In this document: positions 23,128 through 32,800 of the stretch, piece after piece
How positions within the stretch are numbered: position 1 is the stretch's first letter
Layout: every line of letters starts with the position of its first letter
NCBI RefSeq assembly: GCF_000143415.4
Contig: NW_003314267.1
Location: 1,748,100-1,812,099, forward strand
Origin: Selaginella moellendorffii
Taxonomy: Eukaryota; Plantae; Lycopodiophyta
Reading direction: 5' to 3'
DNA: 64,000 nt
Notes under the pieces: model-generated
Seen by the model: the letters and a program-made list of their open reading frames with translations, nothing else
The model's database searches: none
What the model was told of the DNA's origin: nothing
Made by a program: the position numbers and the translations under genes

Positions 23128-23379
23128 ATGGCCAATTTCAGGAAAGCTCTCTTGTTTCTTCTTGTTCTTCTTGTGATGTTTTCTTTGGTGAGCTGTAGAT
23201 CAAGTGTCAAGCAGCTTCCAATTGAGTGCAGGAAGGGTAGTGATGGAAGCTACAACAACATTTGCAAATGTTGCTATGTGATTGGAAGCATCTCTCAGTA
23301 CTGCAAGGAAGATCGGAAAGAAATTGAAGAGATCAATTCCAGTTGCGCTGTAATCCTTTGTGCACCGGCACCATTGTGA
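23128..23379 (+). CDS. Small secreted cysteine-rich peptide (83 aa)
   Basis: Signal peptide MANFRKALLFLLVLLVMFSLVSC; mature pattern C-x11-C-x-CC-x9-C-x13-C-x4-C. Confidence 0.6.
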   Translation: MANFRKALLFLLVLLVMFSLVSCRSSVKQLPIECRKGSDGSYNNICKCCYVIGSISQYCKEDRKEIEEINSSCAVILCAPAPL

Positions 23380-24558
23380 TCGTTTAGAGCGTTATGTACA
23401 ACACAGAAGAATAATATACTTTTGTAGCAAAGAAATACAAGACCAGTTTTCTTTTGTCTTGTTTCTCGCTTTTTGTGTGCTAGGCAGTGGAAAGTAATTT
23501 CGTAGGGAATACTATATTTTATGTAAAACTTATCTGGTCACAACGAATCCTCAAAACATGATTCCATGATTGTTGATAAAGGGCAACAATATTCATGATC
23601 ACTGGGTAGTATCCATAGCAGTATTGAGAGAAAACTCGAAAAACCATGAAAACCAAGAGAATAATTTTATTCTTTTTCATATCAAACTAAAGAAATCAAA
23701 GTTGGAACGCCTGGAAATGTTTGGCATAGGTAGAATATATATATATATGCAATGTCTCTACCAGCATATATCACTTGTCGAATTAAATTTTCTATCTGAA
23801 GTGTGTTATGAGAGTTCTAGTTGGTTTTCTGAGGAGATTTGCAAAGAAAAGAGGGATATATAACATATGACCATAAAAACAAATCAAATTTGTATGATCC
23901 TCTTTTATGATTCTGCAAAAACTGGCAATTAAATTTGACCTGTGACCTTTCACTGCCATTTTAATTTCATTTCCTACTTCAGCAATAAGCAGATAATTTC
24001 AATATTAATAATAAAGAGCAGATCATACTTATATTAGTTTCTTTAGTTTTAACTGCCATACATCCATCCAAAAAAATCCCCCAATTCCACAATATCCATA
24101 CTTGGCTGCAACATACCCCTGAGTCACATGATTGATACCCACCTGTGGTGCACAGCAAGAACTATAGTCACATACCAGAGTATGCTAGGAAGAAATGGCA
24201 ATGAACGTGGATAGAGAATGAGTTATATGTATCCTTATATATAGAAAGGACTTATCCAAGTTGCAGTTGAAATAAAACTCTGGTCATATGGAGTCACATT
24301 CACATTCTTTCTGCTTAGGACTATATGTTCACAATCTTACATTCAAAGTAATGCATATGTTGAAAGTGGGTCCTTACCGCAGAACCTTAATCTGGGCCTT
24401 AGGCCAACTTTAAGTTCCACTTTAATTCATTTCTCAAATCTGTGACACAAGTGAGTAAAAAACTAGAGTCAACTCAAGTCAAACACACATTTTCAAAGTC
24501 ACAAGTTTCCGCCCTTTACAAGCCATTCTAACTTAGCCAAAATCTTTTAGTGCTGGCA

Positions 24559-24990
24559 ATGCCACTTTCTCTTTGAGCAGAGCAGTTGGCAGCAGGGACA
24601 TCCTACGAGCCAGGCAATGGTAGCAACATTATTTACTACAACACTGCCAAGACCATAGAGAAGCAGAAAAACGCTGAGACGGTCCTCCATTTTTTCTACG
24701 AGCACAAACCTCTCAACGGATTTGCTACCTGTCTTGGCTATGGCGACTTTCCCAACGCTATCTACGGCCACACAGGATGCTACAACATGTCCGACCAGCC
24801 AAGCTGCTCAGAATGCCTCAAGCGAGCTTACCAAGCAGGTCGCTCTGTATGCTTTGGGTGGTACTTAGAAACGGAAAGAAGATGCAGTTTGCGACATTGG
24901 ATTCTGGATTGAGTAAGTTTCCTCTCCAGATAATCTATCACGGCTGTTCTAACTTATATTCCCATTCTTCCACAGCTCTTTTTGGTGTCG
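24559..24990 (+). pseudogene. Truncated copy of the DUF26 kinase exon 1/intron 1
   Basis: NGFATCLGYGDFPNAIYGHTGCYNMSDQPSCSEC nearly identical to 54190-54295; deletions in the signal peptide; no kinase part. Confidence 0.85.
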
Positions 24991-27152
24991 TGGCTAAAGT
25001 ATGGCAAGCAATATTGGTGTCAACGTCCTGGAGGTCCATAGTCCACCTAAGCAGCTTGGGGACGAGCTGGCGCTTGTGTGGCGCATAAAAAACTTTTTAC
25101 TGACTTAGTGTGAAGGCCTGACGATTGTGGGTGTTAAATATGGTGTGAAGACTTAAAACTCAACAATGTTAACATTTGAGGACTCTAGCAATGAATTGAG
25201 CATCACGATGTCATGCAATTGTCAACAAGATATTAACACGTGGCCTCCTGGAACAGCGCCAAGAGGGTGTCCGTGGTGGTCCGCATTCTTCTTCTCGGTC
25301 GCCTCCTCGCCGCCGTGCCCCGCAAGCGGCACTGCCACCACCAGGATCGACGCTCCTCTGTCCGGTGACCGGAAGCCCTCTCTGTGGTCGTGGGATTAAG
25401 TCGCTGTGGAGAAATCACAAGGAGGCCAATCCTTCCAGCTCTCAGCTTCTGCATTGGCGCCAGGAATAGCTTATGTGTTAGATCGACTCGGCAGGATATT
25501 TTCGGGAGCTCAGGATCGGCAGGGTCGGTTGACGAGCGGGGGATGACTGTGAGGCATTGCTTCACTACCCTAGCAGCACGGGCGTGTGAATGCAGGCAGT
25601 AGCAAGTGTAGCCTTTGCTCTGCCCATGTCATCTTCTTCAAGACCGAGTGCTAGGTACTGCAAGAAAAGCTTTTCTAGTTTGTGATCTTTGCAATGAGAA
25701 TTTCAAGCAGAAGACTTTGGTGGCACTAATCTTCTTCGTTTTCCTTTCCAGGTGTGTAGTTGATTGTTATTTGCAACAGGTGTGTGATTTGGGCACAAAG
25801 TGTCTTTAGTAGCAACCCCACTACCAATGAAAATTCAAGGTGGGGAGTCAAGGATTCTTGGTTGCTTTGTTTGCAGGTGAGGGATACTATGGGGCTCACC
25901 TTTCACGACCTCACAGCAAACTGGAAAAGGTGGCGGCCTTGTTTTTCTCCTTGTTTGTGTGTAAATTCTTGGTCAAAAAGTTTTTATGGAAGATGATATG
26001 TTTAAAGAAACAGAAAATTTGGAAAGTGCTTAGTGGGGGTACCTGATAGTAATTTAAACTTGATGGAAGTATTTGTTTCTGCATTAAGTATCGTTTGTTA
26101 AACGAAGTGATAATCCTAGATATGTACTTTCTTCTTCAGGAGCATTTAGGGAGAAATTATTAATTCACCAAGTTAAATTTTACTTTTGGGTACTAACAAG
26201 TACTGATGGCCGAAAAAGATATTCCTAAGATTGATTTTTGCAAATTGTTTAGTTTGTATAAGTTCTTAGTGTTGTTGTTTGGTTTAAATAATGCTTTAGT
26301 AACTTTTCAGCAAATGATGGATGAAGTTTTTTATGATATGCTAAAGGTGATTGCTAACTTCATTGATGATGTCTTAATCCACTCGGAAAGGACATAGGAA
26401 GAACACGTTCATAATGTTCGTAAAGTATTAGATCGGCTATGGGAAGTTGGTTTAAAGTTAAAGTAATCAAAGTGTGTATTTGGGTTTAAAGACATAACTT
26501 ATCTTGGGTATTGTATTTCTCATAAGGGTTTGCAAATTAATCCTGACAAACTTGTGGCTATTCCAAAGTTCCTTACTCCGAAGTATGTAAATGATGTGCA
26601 GCATTTCTTATCTGAATCTTCAAAACCCATCGAGCAGTACAATCAACTAGGTTTTTCTATTTCAATAATAAAGTAATAACAGCATGATCACTTTTTAATA
26701 ACGTTTGAGAACCATGTAGATATATATGAAGTTTTTCGAAACCCCAAACTGTTGCTAAACACTCATTCTCTATCGTGGAGTAGTTCGCTTCTGTTAGTTG
26801 TAATATATAACTTATATATGCAATAGGATGACACAAACTAAGCAGACTCAGACTTTTCTACATCTATACACCTCCAAGACTAATATTAAAGGCATTCACA
26901 TGCAAAATGAAAGTTTAAGTGTAGTCAGGATACACCAAAACTAAATGAGTCGTCAATAGCTCCATGAGATCCAGGAATGCCCGTTCACAATCCATAGACT
27001 AAATGAAAGATGACATTAATGACTTCAATAACATTCATAATGGTGCAATGTGATCAGAAAGATGATCCACAAAATGACTGAGATACTGCACTTTGCTCAT
27101 ATGATTTTGATGTTATTCATCGCTTGGGGAGTTTTATGACTGATGCTGATGC

Positions 27153-27812
27153 TGTAGCGCATATGATTATGGGATGAGATTTGGATATATTATCACCGTG
27201 GATCCTTGGAACCTTAGGGGATAAATGGGGATAAAATAGCCACTAAGGGCTCTCTCATCAGGCAATTGCCCCTTTTCCAGTTGGCTTAAGGGGAGAGAGA
27301 TAAGGTGCGCTACAGTTGGTATCAGAGCAAATGGCACGGGTTCGATTCCCATTGATTAGTGGCTACTTAAAAGTATAATATACTCTTGAGCAAGGTATAT
27401 TTCTACCCTTAAATTTGAAATCATATGTATTGGGCATCCATGCGTATGTCCTTCCTCTTGTGTGGAGTACATTGACATCTCTGAAGGGGGGGTGAGTGGA
27501 TCATTGGAACCTTAGGGGATAAATGGGGATAAAATAACCACTAAGGGCTCTCTCATCAAGCAATTGCCCCTTTTCCAGTTGGCTTAAGGGGAGAGTGTAA
27601 GTTCCTGAGTTTGGACTTCCCGAGAGGTCACCCAGCCCAGTACTATTCTAACCCAAGGACGCTTAACCCCAAATATCCCAAGACCCTTAACCAATTGGAA
27701 AAGGGGGTGCACTCTTGTTCATGGGCCCTTTCCCTCTATATTTGAACCCCTATGGATCGTCTTTCGAGTCATTCCCTTTGGTTGCTTACAGAGAGAGATA
27801 AGATGCGCTACA
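27153..27812 (+). mobile_element. TRIM (LTR1 27153-27314, PBS 27317-27328, ~180 bp non-coding interior, PPT, 5'-truncated LTR2 to 27812)
   Basis: LTR termini TGTAGCGCA...TGCGCTACA; PBS TGGTATCAGAGC complementary to tRNA-iMet; GAAGGGGGGG PPT; direct repeat of LTR sequence. Confidence 0.88.
27596..27790 (-). mobile_element. Cassandra-type solo LTR containing the 5S rRNA internal control region
   Basis: TGTAAG...CTTACA termini with GAGAG TSD; 27667-27613 reads GTTAAGCGTCCTTGGGTTAGAATAGTACTGGGCTGGGTGACCTCTCGGGAAGTCC, the A-box to C-box part of plant 5S rRNA. Confidence 0.88.
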
Positions 27813-27816
27813 GTAA

Positions 27817-28960
27817 TGTAGCACACATGGTTTTTACCCTTTATCCTATGGTGATTTACCATAGGATAACACCACGAAGCGGAACCTAAACCCTCTTTGT
27901 GCCACGTAACAGATGCCACGTGTCACATGCCACATGTCAAAAGGAACGTGGTGTGGAACCTGAGGTTCAGGGCCTTGGGCCACTGAACGAAGGAACGGTG
28001 CCAAACTCCCAAGCTTGGAGCCAAGGAGTGACGGAACCGAACCACGGAGCAACTCCCGAGCATACAGCCCAAGGAGTGAAGGGATAGGAGCCTGAAGCGA
28101 CTTGGAACAGTCCTGGAGCAACTAGCATCCTAATGCCAAGACCAGCACGCAAAACGAAGCCAAACGGAGTCTGGCACTATTTCGGTATACCGGTGGCCTA
28201 ACGCAAGGATATGGGTACTCCACCAGCTAGCATGGAATGGAGCTTAGGCTTAGACCCAAGCCAGACGTAGAACAAGGACAAGCATGCAAGCGGGAGCTAG
28301 ACTATGCCTCAAGTTGGTTGGCCATGCCCGACCTACCCACTATCCCTACTATATATTCGGAACCCCCCATAGCCCCCCGCCCCCTTGAGGAACACACGCT
28401 TTGGGCTTTCACCCCAAGCCTCCCTTAGTATCAGGAATTAGTCTCTGGGACAAGCTCAAAACTTACTAAATATGGAATGTCCCTAGATTGCGAATTTGGA
28501 CACGGGACGAACACCATTGTGTTCAGGACGATCTCTACATTCCGTAGATATGCCAAATGAGCAAATCTGGACACTTTCCATAAATAGCATCTGGGACGAA
28601 TTAAGACTAACACAAAGGGCATGATAGCGAGGGTGTTTGGCAAACACGGTAAGCTATCATCTAGCGATGTTGACGGACCAATCTCAATATCGCAGGGGTT
28701 CTTGATACTAGCAAGTGCAAGCCAATGACTCAAGTTTCTCAAACCAGGCCGAGTATGCTCAACAAGAAACACATAGGGTTCCTACCTTATGTTTATCCAA
28801 TCTAAGTACATAGTCATTGACCAGTTTCTCAACTAGCTCAAGTGGGAATTGATAACGGGTCTAGCAATACCGACCTCCTGCCATCGCAGCAGTAAGGTAA
28901 GAGTGTCCGTAAGGACTGGTTGACAGGTAACTTTCGATACCCGAAGTCACATTTGCGATA
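27817..28960. mobile_element. Probable ~1.1 kb solo LTR of another family
   Basis: Starts TGTAGCA, ends TGCGATA (decayed TG...CA inverted termini); absent from the paralogous empty site; no coding signature. Confidence 0.55.
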
Positions 28961-29810
28961 GATGCCCTTTTTCGAGCTCCTCTTCCTTTTTCACTCTCTT
29001 CTCATATTTTTGACGAGTTTATTATTCTAGCATCTATGGATTTTCTAGACAAGGATTATGTGCCATCGGTGGTGCATCATTTGCTGATGACTTACCATTT
29101 TGGCAATTACATTTATAATATCGCTTTGAAGATGGTTTTCTTTATTTTGTGGAGATAGATCCTAATGATCATTTACGGCTAATGGTGCCTTCAATCTTTA
29201 TTTCATAGTTTCTCCATACCTACCATAATTCTCCTAGGTGGGCATATGGGACATTGTCGTCTGACTGAGAAGCTACACAAGTCTTTCTATATCCCGAACA
29301 TGCAACATGATGTTGTCTGGTAGCATATAACTGTGTTTGGTGCCAAGTTTGTATTACTCCCCCTCATGTTTCAAGACGGTTGGAGTCAATTGTAGTTTTT
29401 CATCTGTTTGAGTTGTGGCATTTGATCTTATAGGACCTTTTTTACGATCGATTGTTAGCAATAAATATATTATTATTACTTCTAATTACTTGATTTGTTG
29501 GGTGGAAGTTAGTGCTCTTGCCAATGCCTTTACAATTACTATTGGATACTTCCTCCTCAATTGAGTGGTGTTTTAGCATTCTTGTCTGAAGTGGATTCTT
29601 TCGAATAATAGTCTCACATTTATAGATGAGGCATTTCATATTTTGACATTTTGATTGGGGATACGCCACACTTTCATAAGTGCTTATCATCTACAGTCAG
29701 ACAGTTTGGTGGAATGGCTCATTCTAACATTCAAAGGGATGATTGCAAAGTACATGAACTTTCAGCATTCGGATTGGGATGGTTATTTGTTATTTCTTCA
29801 GTATATATAT

Positions 29811-32800
29811 TGTCAAGACCCCTGACAAGATCAAGATTGGAAAATGCAAAAAGACAAAGAGAAAAGCTAGTGGAAACAAAGAAGAGGCCTTAGACTGGCA
29901 TTGATTCAGATTGTGGAGAAATGGAACAAAGCTAACCTATATATACTATAGGTTGATGAAGCTCCACCACTCTTGGATCAAGGATGGCCTAAATATAGCT
30001 GAGGTCGAGGAGGCGCCACATCATCATCAGGAATGTGGCTCGAGACTCAGGAATCGGGAAGTGTCTCGAGAGTCAGGAATAGGAAAGTGTCTCGAGAGTC
30101 AGGAATAGGGAAGTGTCTCGAGAGTTAGGAATGTGGTCTGCAGGTCAGGAATCCGGCGAGAGTCAGGAATGTGGCAAGAATTGGGGGATTCCTGACAGCA
30201 CCCCCTCCTCAAGAACGAGTGGAACGAGGATGTGAACGAGAACGAAGAGGAGGATGAGATGAGCGGCGAGGGATGGGAGATGGAGAAAAAGAATGAGGAC
30301 TGGGACGAGAAGGATAGCAGCGGTGGAAGTCCTGAACAAGGTCAGGAGAATGAAGCAGGTTGTCTGCAGGTTCCCAAGTGCGTTCCTCAGGTCCGTAACC
30401 CTTTTAGTCCACCAGATAGTAGAGTTTAGACCGTGAAATCTTGGAATCAAGGATGTCCTGAACCTCGTACTCAGACCCATCCTCGAGCTGCACTGGTGGA
30501 GGCAGAGGAATGACCCGATTTGGAATAGGACTGGGAATATAAGGCTCAAGGAGAGAGGAGTGAAAAACGGGGTGAATTTGATATGAGGAGGGAAGTGCAA
30601 GGCGATAAGTGACAGGATTAATGATGGCAGTGATAGGGAAAGGACCAAGGCGTTTGAAATCGAGTTTTGGACAGGGCCTGGTGGTGGAGATATTTCGCCT
30701 GAGGAGCTAGACTTTATCCCCGATATTGTAAGGGGGACAATCCTGACGATGGACATTGGCAAATGTTTTATGAAATTCCTGAGCACGATGGAGGTGGAAG
30801 GAGATGGAGTTGTGGATTTCCTGGAGGTTGGAGATAAATGCCTCAGAGCGGGGATTTGAACGAGAGGATTCAGATGGAGAAGGAAGTGAGAGATTGAATC
30901 GGAGATTTCGGCTAGAGTTCGCAAAGAAGGGGGAAACTCGAAGAGAGGAGTGAACAGAGTTGTTATAGGAGAACTCAGCAAGGGGAAGGATATCGAACCA
31001 GTTATCCTGATGATAGTTGATGAAGCATCTCAAGAATTGTTCCAACGTCTGAATCGTTCGCTCGGACTGCCCATCAGTTTGAGGATGATATGCCGAAGAG
31101 AGGTTGGCCTTCACTCCAAGCAGCTGCAAAAACTGTTGCCAGAAATGAGAGATGAACTGAGGCCCCCGATCCGAAACCACATCTGTAGGAATCCCATGAA
31201 GTCGGAAAATTTCCCTGAATACCAGTTTTGCCATGTCCTCGCCCGAAAACTCCTTGGTACATGGCAAGAAGTGCGCCATCTTTGTGAAGCGATCCACCAC
31301 GACTAAAATGCTGTTGAAGCCTCCAGAACTCGGAAGATCACTCAAGAAATCCATGGAGATGGATTCCCAAGGACCTGAAGGGACCGGAAGGGAACAAAGC
31401 AAACCTGAAGGAAGGTGGCGAGGTACCTTATTCCGGGCACAAGTGTCACAGGAGGTAACAAAAGCTTTGATGTAGTCGTCCATGTGAGGCCACCAAAAGT
31501 CCCGTGCAACTAGCTCATAGGTTTTCGCAATGCCAAAGTGACCAGCAGTCGGGCTATCGTGGCACGCCATCAGGACCAACCTTCGAGCATCACCTTCAGG
31601 AACGTAAAGTTGCTCCCCACGGTACAATAAGCCATCTAAGAACTCGAATTCGTCAAATCACCGGCAGTTGGGAGTCACTGGGTGTCCAGCCAGATGGGGG
31701 AAAATGTCGCTAGCGAGATCATCGGATTAAAGATCGTTTCTGATTGCATCCATCAAGGAGGAGTCCTGAGGGGCCAGGGAAATTGCCATAACTTGAAGCC
31801 GATCAGGACCGAGGATAACTTGATCCTGTTGATCGAAGGTAGGATTACCAGGCCTGAGACTGAGATAGGAGCGCCTTGAAAGAGCATCAAGAAGGCCTTG
31901 AAACTTTCCAGGTCTGTACTTGATAACAAAGTCAAACCGACTCAGGAATTGTGCCCACCTTGCTTGACGACGGCTCAAAACTCGGGAAGTGGCAAAGTAC
32001 TCGAGATTTTTGTGATCCATCCAGACTGTTGTTTGATGGCTCACCCCCTCCAAGAAACGGCGCCACTCTCCAAAGGAATCCACGATGGCAAAGAGCTCCT
32101 TGTCGTGGATTTCGTAATTGATCTCCGCAGGCTGGAATTTCCGAGAATGGAAAGCGACTGGATGAAGTTCGTGATCCGCTCCGAGTTGAGACAGCACAGC
32201 ACCAATGGCAAAGTCGGAGGCGTTAGCCTCGATGAAGAAAGGTTGTGAGGAATCAGCATGGATCAAAACAGGAGCAGAACTGAAGGCCGCCTTGAGTGTG
32301 TCGAAGGCCTACTGGGCAGCAGCAGACCAAGAGAAGGGAACACCCTTGCGAGTGAGATGTGTGAGAGGAAGGACAATGTCAGAGTAGTGATCAATGAATT
32401 TGCGGTAGAAGTTGGCGAAGCTAAGGAAAACCTGAACGTCCGACATTGATTGTGGAGGCTCCCATTCGAGAATAGTCTTGACTTTGGCAGGATCCATCGT
32501 GATACCCTCAGGAGTGACAATGTACCCAAGGAACTCCACAGACTGCTGATCAAAGGAACATTTCTCAAGCTTCGCGTATAGGCCGTGTTCTCACAGCTTC
32601 ACTAGCACCTTGCGAACATGTTCGTCATGCTCCTCCTGAGTTTTTGAGTAGATGAGGATGTCATCGAGATAGACAATCACCATCTGATCAAGAAACTCCC
32701 AAAAGACGTCGTTCGCCATGTGTTGGAAAACTGCTGGAGCATTTGTCAAGCCAAATGGCATGACAGTGTACTCGAAGTGGCCATAGCGGGTTCGGAACGC

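Noticed and set aside
22686-23210. 174-aa minus-strand ORF, with a 165-aa counterpart at 56622-57119
   Set aside because: The opposite strand explains it as a PPR E-domain fragment plus the start of the peptide gene
27613-27667. Functional 5S rRNA gene
   Set aside because: Only ~55 nt, diverged, and embedded in an LTR with a TSD
30030-30180. CRISPR-like array
   Set aside because: Contiguous LTR sub-repeats without unique spacers in eukaryotic DNA; no cas genes
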